DNA from: a virus
Taxonomy: Duplodnaviria; Caudoviricetes
Virus record (IMG/VR): IMGVR_UViG_3300031669_000010
Location: 1-64,000 of that record
Length of the DNA: 64,000 bases
Strand: one strand, 5' to 3'
How positions within the stretch are numbered: the first letter of the stretch is position 1; each line of letters opens with the position of its first letter. Positions 1 to 8,990 of the stretch are shown here, piece after piece. The notes below the pieces were generated by a model. The model ran no database searches. It worked only from the letters and a program-made list of their open reading frames with translations, and was not told the origin of the DNA. Both the position numbers and the translations under genes were made by a program.

Positions 1-50
1 GGTAAAATTAACAATGAAGGAGGTTAAAAATTTAACAGGAGGAAAAGCGT

Positions 51-317
51 ATGATTAAAAAATTGTTAGCAGTATTGGTAATCGCATTGTTCATTGGTGT
101 CAACATTGGGATAGTATCCGCGCAGGATAACACAACCACGGATCAACCGCAGGAAGTTGTATCATCAATACCCAATTTTACTCAGCCCGAAGATGTTGAG
201 GACACCAACGGAAGAGCCGCTCATCTTGATACGGAGAAAGAGGGAGACCAACTCAATCCCGTTGAAAGAACTATAATCATCAGAGACGCAATACGGAGTA
301 ACAATATCTCCAACTGA
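51..317 (+). CDS. Small secreted/periplasmic protein
   Basis: RBS AGGAGG upstream; N-terminal Sec signal (MIKKLLAVLVIALFIGVNIGIVSA|Q) followed by an acidic low-complexity region. Confidence 0.7.
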   Translation: MIKKLLAVLVIALFIGVNIGIVSAQDNTTTDQPQEVVSSIPNFTQPEDVEDTNGRAAHLDTEKEGDQLNPVERTIIIRDAIRSNNISN

Positions 318-402
318 TCGGCATTCTTCTCAGAGTCGTAGTTTTGTCTGGTCGTTAGATTAATTTAACTTTTTATTAACACATATTTGAAAGGATTTAC
401 AA

Positions 403-1404
403 ATGAAAAAATCATTACTCGCGTTAACTTTAAGTGTCGCTCTTATGTTCGGTGTCGGAAATGCAGTTGCAGGTTTTGGTGGAAAACTGAACGTGGACCT
501 TGAAAGCACAGCAGGTCCCATGGTTGATACCGACAGTGCGTTTACCGGCAGTTTGATCCCGACCTGGGGTGCTGAATCCCATGGTGGCGCCATCAGTGGT
601 GCGTTCTCTGAAACGGATGCCAAAGGAAGATTTCTCTTCGGTTCAGGCTACATCAATTCTGCCCAGGATCCTGCAGACGCCAATGCAGCAGCGGGTGCCG
701 AAACCAACTCCAGCTCCTATCGTGATGGATTTCTGTTCTTCGGTGCGAATGGTGGAGTGGCAACAGATGCCAGTGCATTTGGTTCAACTGACAATGATCT
801 TAAACTCGGAATGAAGGCACTTGGTTATGTTGCTGGAGATTTCCACGCCATCACAGGTGAAGCAACTGCAGCAGAAGCCGGAGCCATTAATCTGGGACCG
901 GCCACTTTCGGAACTACCAATGTTAAGGGTGTTCAGGGTGGTATTGGTGGATATGAAGCTAATCTTGGAGTTATTGCTCTTGGTACCGCCGAAGCCACAG
1001 TCAATCTGTTTATCGCTGGCGAAACTAATGTCAGATCAGATCGCACCGGCTCCATAGTCAACACCCAAGGTCTTGGCAAAGGCGTGCGAGAAGGTCTTTC
1101 CAGTGCCGGATATGTCGCAACAACTGTTGAATCCAATGTCGTTACGGATCGAAGCGGTTTTGGCATTGTATGTGTAGACGGTGGATTTATTGCCGCTGGC
1201 TCCCTTGAACTGAATGCCAACCAGGTTGGATACATTCATCCTTCTTCGGCCAATGCTTCAGCCTCCGGTTCTTATGCCGGATCCAAGGACATCGGTAAAG
1301 ACTACCAGGGTATTGCCCAAGGTGGAACCGCCACGCAGATCACCCAGTATGAAAATGCTGTGGTCGTGCAGTCTTCCGGTTATATGTCCGTAACCAGCAA
1401 GTAA
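403..1404 (+). CDS. Secreted Gly/Ala/Ser/Thr-rich protein (surface/adhesin-like)
   Basis: 333-aa ORF with signal peptide MKKSLLALTLSVALMFGVGNAVA|G; small-residue-rich; visibly more GC-rich than the rest of the window. Confidence 0.7.
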   Translation: MKKSLLALTLSVALMFGVGNAVAGFGGKLNVDLESTAGPMVDTDSAFTGSLIPTWGAESHGGAISGAFSETDAKGRFLFGSGYINSAQDPADANAAAGAETNSSSYRDGFLFFGANGGVATDASAFGSTDNDLKLGMKALGYVAGDFHAITGEATAAEAGAINLGPATFGTTNVKGVQGGIGGYEANLGVIALGTAEATVNLFIAGETNVRSDRTGSIVNTQGLGKGVREGLSSAGYVATTVESNVVTDRSGFGIVCVDGGFIAAGSLELNANQVGYIHPSSANASASGSYAGSKDIGKDYQGIAQGGTATQITQYENAVVVQSSGYMSVTSK

Positions 1405-1436
1405 TCATTTACCTCATGATTCCTACCTAGTTTGAA

Positions 1437-1472
1437 AAGTCTATGATATTCATCCTTGGATATCATAGACTT
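1437..1472 (+). terminator. Inverted repeat, probable intrinsic terminator
   Basis: Perfect 13-bp stem AAGTCTATGATAT / ATATCATAGACTT just after the stop at 1404. Confidence 0.55.
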
Positions 1473-1536
1473 AGTTTAATTATCAAGATTCACACATACA
1501 CATAAACCTATAAATTTGAAATAAGGAGAATCCGTT

Positions 1537-2445
1537 ATGCGTAAAGCACTAACAATCATTCTTGCAGTAGCAACAATTTGTTTCTTTACCATCCCGGCAA
1601 TGGCTGATATCTCTGCCGATGCAGCTGCCGATGCCGCTGCCAATGCCAACAATAACCAGGGTCAATCTCAGGACATCAAGTTTGATGATCATTCAACCAA
1701 TACCAGTGAAGCCATGGATCGCGGCTTCCCGATTCCGGGTCAGGTTCAGTATGGCCCCGTCATCAATTATTACGGCAAACCGTTGCCCACCTCCCAGTTC
1801 CGCCCAGTCGAGACATTGCTGCAGTATGGTAATGTGTTCAGCGAGGGTGCACTGGAGCAAATCGTCGCCAAGGGAACGGACATCATTCATGAGCTGGAAG
1901 TCGTTCGTGGACCAGATCAGCAAGTCCGTGCTTCCTACGAAAAGAAAGAAGTTCGCTGGATCAAAATCATCGCCACCACCGCCGTTCAGGCCGATCATGG
2001 ACTGATTGGTTATGCCACCTCCGAAGCAGATGATCGCAAGACCTCCATGTTGGAAGTCGTTGCCAGAGCTGCTCTGGATGCTATCCGTGATGGTGCGGAT
2101 GTTCTTCAGATTACCGCACAGGGCGCCGCCCGTGATACCGAGACCTCCGGTTGGGGAATTGGTTTCAATACAACCATGGCCTCTAATTTAGGAAATGGTC
2201 AAGGAACGATGGGTATTGCCACAGGTGGAACAGGATACTCAACTGCCTGGGCCGGCATGAGAGACAAACCTTGGATTCAGGCCAATGTTCTGAAATCCCC
2301 GACCAAGATCGTCGGCAAGCTTATCGAAAAGAAAGCCGAGCCGAAAGCCGAAGTAAAACCGGCCGCTGCGACTACCACAGTTGTGAAAAAGGCCGAGCCG
2401 ATTCAAACCGGCAATCACACATCAGCAGGAAGTACCCAAGACTAA
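1537..2445 (+). CDS. Secreted protein of unknown function with Ala/Lys/Pro-rich C-terminal linker
   Basis: RBS AAGGAG; signal peptide MRKALTIILAVATICFFTIPAMA|D; 302 aa. Confidence 0.7.
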   Translation: MRKALTIILAVATICFFTIPAMADISADAAADAAANANNNQGQSQDIKFDDHSTNTSEAMDRGFPIPGQVQYGPVINYYGKPLPTSQFRPVETLLQYGNVFSEGALEQIVAKGTDIIHELEVVRGPDQQVRASYEKKEVRWIKIIATTAVQADHGLIGYATSEADDRKTSMLEVVARAALDAIRDGADVLQITAQGAARDTETSGWGIGFNTTMASNLGNGQGTMGIATGGTGYSTAWAGMRDKPWIQANVLKSPTKIVGKLIEKKAEPKAEVKPAAATTTVVKKAEPIQTGNHTSAGSTQD

Positions 2446-2471
2446 TCCGGGTTGCTTCATTCCTGAAGTTA

Positions 2472-2489
2472 GAACAAAATAAAAAGGAG
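2472..2489 (+). promoter_or_regulatory. GAAC-A-tract motif, copy 1 (candidate late promoter)
   Basis: GAACAAAATAAAAAGGAG; similar motifs at 5456, 55961 and 57451, all intergenic and just upstream of genes. Confidence 0.4.
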
Positions 2490-2508
2490 CAGAGTATCGC
2501 TCCTTTTT
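2481..2508 (+). terminator. Hairpin with flanking A/T tracts
   Basis: AAAAAGGAGC / GCTCCTTTTT stem with 8-nt loop, followed by a T run. Confidence 0.6.
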
Positions 2509-2539
2509 TTGCCATAAAAATTTTGAAAGGCGGAATTAT

Positions 2540-3451
2540 ATGAAACAATTAGAGTATGTGAAAGTGTTGGTTGTTGGTGATATTATGCTAGATAAATATG
2601 TAGTTGGAAACGCAACAAGGATATCACCGGAAGCACCAGTACCCATTGTACATGTTAATGAGGAATACCATACATTGGGTGGCTGTGGAAATGTTGTGAG
2701 AAACCTTAGGGAACTTGGGGCGCAAGTTGATTGTTTAGCATCAATTGGGATTGATTCAAACGGAACCAGGATTCAAACGGAACTTGATAGAATCGGTGCT
2801 GGGAATTTACTTGTTTACGGTTCAAATCAAACAACAGTGAAGGAAAGAATAATAGCTGATGAACGTCAAGTTCAAATGTTAAGAATTGATAGAGAAACTG
2901 TTGAAAAAGTTCACGGAGACAAACTTATTGAAAAATTTAAAGAAAGGTGTAGAGATAATTATGATAGCGTAATTGTTTCTGATTATGCAAAAGGCGTAGT
3001 TGGTAAAGGCATTATGGATTTTTTGAAGGACCATCAAAATGCTGACATTATAGTTGATCCAAAACCAATCAATGGTTTCTTATATAATGATGCATTTATG
3101 ATTACACCAAATGAAAAAGAATGGGAGGTTATGCAACTTTCATCACAATACTCCTTAAGAAATGTGAAGTTCATTTTAGAGACAAAGGGTAGTGCTGGAA
3201 TGACCTTATATGACAGAACCACTAATCAAACATGGCCAATTGAATCAACCCCAGTTGAAGTATATAATGTTTCAGGGGCTGGTGATACAGTTATTGCTGT
3301 AGCGTCAATATGTTTGTCAATGGGATTTCATCCTGTGCAAGCAGCAATGATTGCAAATGTTTGTGCTGCTCATGTAGTTACACAACCAGGTACAACAACT
3401 GTTCCGAAAGAAGTATTTAAAAATGCCCTTGATATGTTTAAAGGAACTTGA
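2540..3451 (+). CDS. rfaE1: D-glycero-D-manno-heptose-7-phosphate kinase (HldE/RfaE domain I, PfkB family)
   Basis: VLVVGDIMLDKY, RISPEAPVP, GGCGNV, SDYAKG, VDPK, TPNEKE and VSGAGDTV motifs typical of the HldE kinase domain. Confidence 0.9.
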   Translation: MKQLEYVKVLVVGDIMLDKYVVGNATRISPEAPVPIVHVNEEYHTLGGCGNVVRNLRELGAQVDCLASIGIDSNGTRIQTELDRIGAGNLLVYGSNQTTVKERIIADERQVQMLRIDRETVEKVHGDKLIEKFKERCRDNYDSVIVSDYAKGVVGKGIMDFLKDHQNADIIVDPKPINGFLYNDAFMITPNEKEWEVMQLSSQYSLRNVKFILETKGSAGMTLYDRTTNQTWPIESTPVEVYNVSGAGDTVIAVASICLSMGFHPVQAAMIANVCAAHVVTQPGTTTVPKEVFKNALDMFKGT

Positions 3452-3454
3452 TAT

Positions 3455-3751
3455 ATGGCTTGCTGTCAAAAGAGACGAAAAGAACAAGTTAAACAACTCA
3501 TGAAACGGAGATTATTTGAAATTGAAGGTTTCAGTACTCTCAAACTTTTAAAGAAGAACCCACCGAGATTGTTACATGATAAATTGATATTAGATTATCA
3601 TCGTAAGACCCACATGCTTTATAAAAATGCAATTAAACACAAACCACTTAATAGAGTGTTCATTAATCAAATAGTAGAACTGCATGACGAGTTTGTCAAA
3701 GAAATGTTGACAAGAGACATCGAACATAAAAATCCAATTCAAAGAATTTAA
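3455..3751 (+). CDS. Hypothetical basic protein
   Basis: 98-aa ORF starting 3 nt after the previous stop. Confidence 0.6.
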   Translation: MACCQKRRKEQVKQLMKRRLFEIEGFSTLKLLKKNPPRLLHDKLILDYHRKTHMLYKNAIKHKPLNRVFINQIVELHDEFVKEMLTRDIEHKNPIQRI

Positions 3752-3765
3752 CTATATATATTAAT
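3752..3765 (+). promoter_or_regulatory. CTATATATATTAAT motif, copy 1 (candidate early promoter)
   Basis: Identical 14-mer at 3752, 13974 and on the minus strand at 57414-57427, each at the start of an intergenic/leader region. Confidence 0.5.
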
Positions 3766-3816
3766 TACTAATACATGGTAAGAGTGTTTTCGTTGAATAT
3801 TTTATTTTTTATCAGT

Positions 3817-3901
3817 TTGAGTCTCTATCCTGGCAACCCCCATAGAGACTCAACCGGAAGCAGTCCATTGATAGTAACCGCTCACTATCTTTGGACTGCT
3901 T
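3817..3901 (+). other. Tandem double hairpin in a long leader
   Basis: TTGAGTCTCTAT/ATAGAGACTCAA perfect 12-bp stem (3817-3853), then AAGCAGTCCA/TGGACTGCTT stem with inner GATAGT/ACTATC (3858-3901). Confidence 0.55.
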
Positions 3902-3928
3902 TCAAACATCCAAAGGAGGTCACTTATT

Positions 3929-5371
3929 TTGTTACGAATTGAACAGAATGGACCGAAAGAATGGTCAGTTATTGCTGAGGATCATGAACCAATCAAAATT
4001 TTTCTCTCACCTTCTTCCGTCACCAATAAATATTTTATTGTGACTAAATTTATCGAGAGAGTTGCTGAACATGCAGGAGAAGGATTCAGCAACTGGTTTG
4101 TGAAATTTCTGACTGACTGTCAAGACGAAACCCTAAGATCGAAGGCTGTACTTGATAGTATCCCTCAAATCAGAGAGTATGTTGATAAGTATCTTGATTC
4201 CACGGAGTTTGATTATAGTCAATTTGTTGACTTAACAAAGGTAAAGAAAAACTCCATACTTTTTGAACCACACGAAATTGAGCATATTATAAGATTATCA
4301 AGCTATCTTAAGATTTATTCAGTTATCTCAAACAATGAATTTTTAAAATTGGGGCAACAGCTTCACCGAGATGTCTATAATCAATTTGCAACAATAGTTG
4401 TGGAAACGGAGATCATAAGAAAAATTTACGATGTTATCAAAACCAAAACATTCAGATATAATCTAACAGATAGATTTATGTGGGAGTATATCAAAAATGT
4501 TCAAGGAAAAGATATTGGAATACACATAGTTGAAATTTTTAATTTCATTATGAATAATATCTTGATCCTTTGTGAACAGGATAAAAACCCAATCACCTAT
4601 TTTGTTGGTGTTATTGATGAATCAGTTAAATGGTTTTTACGTTCAGTATATAAGGGATCTATCGTTTATGATGATAGTATCTCAACAGAAGACATACAAG
4701 GGATTAATACCGATAACTTAAAGACGTATAGTTATAATGATACCCTTGGGCGATTGAAAAGTATCGCATATGAAAAAATATATGAGTTGCTTCAAAGACA
4801 AACCACAATGACAACGGAGAAAACTGAAAGCGATGAATTTATAGTTGCGTTCCATGAGCGGGCATCTGAGATCAATTTCATTTCTCCATTATCTGAAACA
4901 TTGGTATATCCTGTATTATCGCAAATGACTCAAATTCCTTATCATCATTTCAAGACACTTTCACCTGAGCACGCTGCGGTAATTTCAGTTTATATACAAG
5001 TATTATTTAGAAAGGTATTTGGGGCTGATTACAAAGATCTGTTTTCATTGTTGAATTTCTTTCCAATGAAAAGCCCATCAATGAGTACAACATATAAGAT
5101 CAAAGCAGTTCATGATTATCTTAAAGCCCAAGACGATACACAAAATTTCTTTGGCTTTACCACAAAGATACTGCCTCATACATTACTTTGCCATTTCATT
5201 GGAAGGGTATCTCGAGTTGATTTCTGTGATATTCTTACAGGAAAAAGATTAGGCGGAATTCCTCTTTCAAAGATCGAAAGTGGCATGATAAAGTTCTATA
5301 CGTCTTATTTTTCTAATGGTATGAAGGCTGAAATTGACGAAATGACAAAATACATGAACGCTGACTTTTAA
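3929..5371 (+). CDS. Hypothetical 480-aa protein; possible sigma-like promoter-specificity subunit
   Basis: TTG start with AAGGAGGT RBS; segment PITYFVGVIDESVKWFLRS loosely resembles sigma region 2.3-2.4 (by eye only). Confidence 0.6.
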   Translation: MLRIEQNGPKEWSVIAEDHEPIKIFLSPSSVTNKYFIVTKFIERVAEHAGEGFSNWFVKFLTDCQDETLRSKAVLDSIPQIREYVDKYLDSTEFDYSQFVDLTKVKKNSILFEPHEIEHIIRLSSYLKIYSVISNNEFLKLGQQLHRDVYNQFATIVVETEIIRKIYDVIKTKTFRYNLTDRFMWEYIKNVQGKDIGIHIVEIFNFIMNNILILCEQDKNPITYFVGVIDESVKWFLRSVYKGSIVYDDSISTEDIQGINTDNLKTYSYNDTLGRLKSIAYEKIYELLQRQTTMTTEKTESDEFIVAFHERASEINFISPLSETLVYPVLSQMTQIPYHHFKTLSPEHAAVISVYIQVLFRKVFGADYKDLFSLLNFFPMKSPSMSTTYKIKAVHDYLKAQDDTQNFFGFTTKILPHTLLCHFIGRVSRVDFCDILTGKRLGGIPLSKIESGMIKFYTSYFSNGMKAEIDEMTKYMNADF

Positions 5372-5376
5372 AATGT

Positions 5377-5440
5377 GCGGGGGACTCCTTAGGAATACTA
5401 GTTAACCGAAGGAACACATACTCCCCCGCTCCATTTTTTT
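5377..5440 (+). terminator. Extended hairpin followed by T tract
   Basis: GCGGGGGA / TCCCCCGC stem with inner TCCTT/AAGGA pairing, then CCATTTTTTT. Confidence 0.5.
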
Positions 5441-5455
5441 ATCACTATATTTTGA

Positions 5456-5469
5456 GAACAAATATAAAA
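5456..5469 (+). promoter_or_regulatory. GAAC-A-tract motif, copy 2
   Basis: GAACAAATATAAAA upstream of the 5508-13955 RNAP gene cluster. Confidence 0.35.
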
Positions 5470-5507
5470 TAGTATGCCATACCCATTTCGTCGGAGGTTT
5501 TTAACAA

Positions 5508-5969
5508 ATGGATAAATTAAAAGAAGAATTTAAACAACTATCAGAATTAATTAGAACAGCAAACAACTTAGTTAACCCAGAAAACAGTCTATCTTACTTA
5601 ATGAAAAAAGATCTGAGAGATAGACTTGCTGGTGAAAAACCAAAATGCTTTCTAAAGTTACTCCCAATCGGACGGGATACTTCACCGTACCTTCTGCCTA
5701 TTTGCAATAGGGCTGGCATGGAAGATCCTAAAGTAATTGCTGTATCTTTAAAGGTTGTGCAGAAATTTATGGATGATGACTCTGGAAAGTTTGATATAAA
5801 CACACTACAATCAGTTTTGAATCAACTAAACCATAGACATAGTACTCTTATAAAAACCGTGCCAAAACCAGCCTCTGCGGCAGCAAGAAAAGCAAAGGTA
5901 ACAAGGATGTTCAAAAATATCAAATCGTATCTTGATATTAACAAAACAGATGCTTTCGGCGATAGGTAA
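5508..5969 (+). CDS. Hypothetical protein, first gene of RNAP cluster 1
   Basis: 153 aa; RBS GGAGG; ends 3 nt before the beta' start. Confidence 0.65.
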   Translation: MDKLKEEFKQLSELIRTANNLVNPENSLSYLMKKDLRDRLAGEKPKCFLKLLPIGRDTSPYLLPICNRAGMEDPKVIAVSLKVVQKFMDDDSGKFDINTLQSVLNQLNHRHSTLIKTVPKPASAAARKAKVTRMFKNIKSYLDINKTDAFGDR

Positions 5970-5972
5970 TCC

Positions 5973-8900
5973 ATGATTAATTTTCTGAATCTTAATAATT
6001 TCAAGAAGGGGTTGAAATCCGTCACCACAACAGAGATTTTTTCTAAACCTGGTGAGTTTCACCCTGATGGTCTTTTTTCTGAACTAATCTTTGGTCCTGA
6101 GGAATCTCCTGAAAGAAAGAAAACATTTTCATATGTTGAATTGAACGCATTTGTGATACATCCAACTGCTTATATGCTTTTAATACAACTTGACAGAAAA
6201 CTCGAAATGTTTATTTCTGCTCAAGAAACATTCTCAGTAACTTCAAAGGGAGAGATGATACCAGATCCTGATGGAGTAACTGGAATATCAGAATTTATGA
6301 AGTTATTCCCAAAGATAAAATTTAGAGGGGGCACTGATTCTCGGGATAAGTTCGTTATAAAGTTAAAAGAAGCATATAAAAACGATACGTTATTCCTTAA
6401 TGTACTCCCAATAATTCCCCCAATTCAACGTGATGCTTATCAAGATGAGAAAGGTATGTGGGTCGTAGATCCTTTGAATGATTATTATGTTACTATTATA
6501 CGAAGAGCATATCAAATCAAAAGCGCTGCAGGCTCCGGTCCACTATTTGACTTGTTAAATTTTGAACTACAGAAAGCGGTTATCAACCATGATACATTTA
6601 TCAGAAAGTTAATTCAAAAGAAGCGTGGACTTATTCGTAATCAACTGCTTGGAAAACGTACTGACTTTTCAGGGCGTGCTGTCGTTACACCAGGACCAGA
6701 TTTAAAAGTAAATGAGATTGGTATACCGATGAGAATGGCAGTCAGTTTATTCGAACCATTTATAATTCATCGTTTGTTCAATTCAGGTAGAGTGGATCCG
6801 GGTCCGCTGAGTATTGAAGTTAAAAAGTTTACAGGTTTTGAATTATCAATTGATAGCATTAAACAGGTGTTTAAAGCTATTAAAGGTGGAGATAAACTCC
6901 CACAAAAATTATATGATATTATATTTGCAGCAACTGAAGTTTCTATGATGAATCGCCTTGTATTAGCAAAACGAGATCCAGCACTTCATGCTGAATCCGT
7001 AAGAGCATTTCACCCAATACTGATCGGAGGCAATACAGTTCAAATATGCACATTACAGGTAGCTGGATTCAATGCTGACTTTGATGGTGATACGATGGCA
7101 ATATATCATCCTATTACAAATGAGTCACAAAATGAAGTAAGAAGTCGTATGTTGAGATCTGAGGGTGGAGAAAACGATACAGCAGTAAACTTTGAACTTT
7201 CAAAAGAAATGTGTGTTGGTTTATTCACAATGACAAAAAATGTACAGAAATCTACTTCGCCAATTGCAGTATCTCAAAAAGATTTAGATTCTGCGGTTGA
7301 TCCTTATATACCAGTTGTTTACAGAAAGAAAAATACAACTATGGGAAAAGCAATTTATAATAGTGCATATCCAACAGATTTTCCATTTTTTGAAGGAGTG
7401 GTCACAAAGAAAATTGTTAATAGTATGATTCCTATTATACTTAAAAAATATGGTCAAGATCAGGCAATTAAAACATTTTCAAAATTAAAAGATACAGCAT
7501 TCAAATTTGCAACAATTGTAGCTCCAAGTGTTTCATTAGATGATATTCAATTGCCGTCTGAAATTTTACAGCTCAAACAAAAACTAACCAATGCTTCAAC
7601 AGAAGAAGCAGACTTATTAATAAAACAAATGCAGAAACTATTGATACAACATCTAAAGGAAACAGGGTTATATGATCTAATTGAATCAGGTGCTGGAAAA
7701 GGTTGGAGACAGCCCATGCAATTACTAGTAGCAAAAGGAATAATTGCTGATACAACTGGTAAAGTATTACCCCCAATCAAAGGATCATTCGCTGATGGAT
7801 TAACAAATAAAGAATATTTTTCATCAGCAGCAGGAGCAAGAAAAGGTATCATCGACCGTGTTCTAAATACATCAGAGACTGGTTACATGGCCAGAAAATT
7901 AGCATACGTTTTAAATAGTGTTGAGGTTGATAGACAATTAAAAGATTGTAAAACAAAACGAACTCTTGATTTAAGACTGACAAAGGAATTAGCTCCAAGA
8001 TTAAAAGGTCGTTGGGTACTCGAAGGCGGGACTCCACAATTATTTGATGTTAAGAATTACAAAATCGGAAATCAAATTTATCTAAGAACTCCTGTATTCT
8101 GTGAATCCACAAGATTGTGCCATACATGCTATGGAAAATTATTAGAGCGTCACAAAAGTCCTTATGTTGGAGTTATGGCAGCACAACTTGTAGGAGAGGC
8201 TGGTACACAAACAATCATGAAGACCTTCCATACAGGTGGCGCCGTTGATGTTGTTATAAGGGATGTTATTTCAGATATAGTTGGCAATGATCCTCTTGCA
8301 AATGAAGGAATCGTAAGAAAATTATTGAAACAGAATGAAAATCAACTATCATGCACTGAAGATTGTACTATAACTCTTACAACATCTGACTATCCAGTAT
8401 CAGGAGATTTAACATTCAACCAAGAAAAAACATTACTTCGTGCCAGAGCCATCGTATGTAAAGTTGAATTTGAAACTGCATTGTTTAATATCATTCTTGA
8501 TTATCCAGTTGAACTTCAAGTCTATGAATATGAACTTGTGGGGAAAGAGTTTATAAAATTAGAATATAAAAAGAATAGTACAATCTTAGAAATTCCAATG
8601 GAGACAGGCGAAACAAAAGCCCAAATTCAATATGTTGAAAGGCTACTTGGTGGGCGTGAAATCTATAAAGATGCAAATCATTTATACTTAAAGTTATTTA
8701 AAATATATGCTCCTCTTAGGGATATGGACAGTGTCCACCTTGAGGTTTTACTATCACAAGCATTAAGAGACAAAACAAATCCAAGTATTCCAGCAAGACT
8801 TGGAAAAACATGGAATCCGATAATGATTAATATTAAACAGATCGTATTCAAGACAAGTTTTATTCAAGGGTTGGCGTTTGAAAACATCAATGAAGCTATC

Positions 8901-8990
8901 AGAACTGGTTTAATTACAGAAGAAGGCGGAGATCCAAGCATTCTTGAAAAAGTATTAACTGGTACATTGGTAGAAGGGAAAAAGAAATAA
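5973..8990 (+). CDS. rpoC: Multi-subunit RNA polymerase beta'-like subunit (pair 1, probable virion RNAP)
   Basis: GLFSELIFGP, KRTDFSGRAV, catalytic NADFDGD, bridge helix GARKGIIDRVLNTSETGYMARKL, trigger loop GEAGTQTIMKTFHTGG. Confidence 0.93.
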   Translation: MINFLNLNNFKKGLKSVTTTEIFSKPGEFHPDGLFSELIFGPEESPERKKTFSYVELNAFVIHPTAYMLLIQLDRKLEMFISAQETFSVTSKGEMIPDPDGVTGISEFMKLFPKIKFRGGTDSRDKFVIKLKEAYKNDTLFLNVLPIIPPIQRDAYQDEKGMWVVDPLNDYYVTIIRRAYQIKSAAGSGPLFDLLNFELQKAVINHDTFIRKLIQKKRGLIRNQLLGKRTDFSGRAVVTPGPDLKVNEIGIPMRMAVSLFEPFIIHRLFNSGRVDPGPLSIEVKKFTGFELSIDSIKQVFKAIKGGDKLPQKLYDIIFAATEVSMMNRLVLAKRDPALHAESVRAFHPILIGGNTVQICTLQVAGFNADFDGDTMAIYHPITNESQNEVRSRMLRSEGGENDTAVNFELSKEMCVGLFTMTKNVQKSTSPIAVSQKDLDSAVDPYIPVVYRKKNTTMGKAIYNSAYPTDFPFFEGVVTKKIVNSMIPIILKKYGQDQAIKTFSKLKDTAFKFATIVAPSVSLDDIQLPSEILQLKQKLTNASTEEADLLIKQMQKLLIQHLKETGLYDLIESGAGKGWRQPMQLLVAKGIIADTTGKVLPPIKGSFADGLTNKEYFSSAAGARKGIIDRVLNTSETGYMARKLAYVLNSVEVDRQLKDCKTKRTLDLRLTKELAPRLKGRWVLEGGTPQLFDVKNYKIGNQIYLRTPVFCESTRLCHTCYGKLLERHKSPYVGVMAAQLVGEAGTQTIMKTFHTGGAVDVVIRDVISDIVGNDPLANEGIVRKLLKQNENQLSCTEDCTITLTTSDYPVSGDLTFNQEKTLLRARAIVCKVEFETALFNIILDYPVELQVYEYELVGKEFIKLEYKKNSTILEIPMETGETKAQIQYVERLLGGREIYKDANHLYLKLFKIYAPLRDMDSVHLEVLLSQALRDKTNPSIPARLGKTWNPIMINIKQIVFKTSFIQGLAFENINEAIRTGLITEEGGDPSILEKVLTGTLVEGKKK

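Noticed and set aside
1-2445. Host chromosome or prophage junction at the GC-richer left end
   Set aside because: No integrase, att-like repeat or housekeeping gene; orientation and RBS style match the rest of the window.
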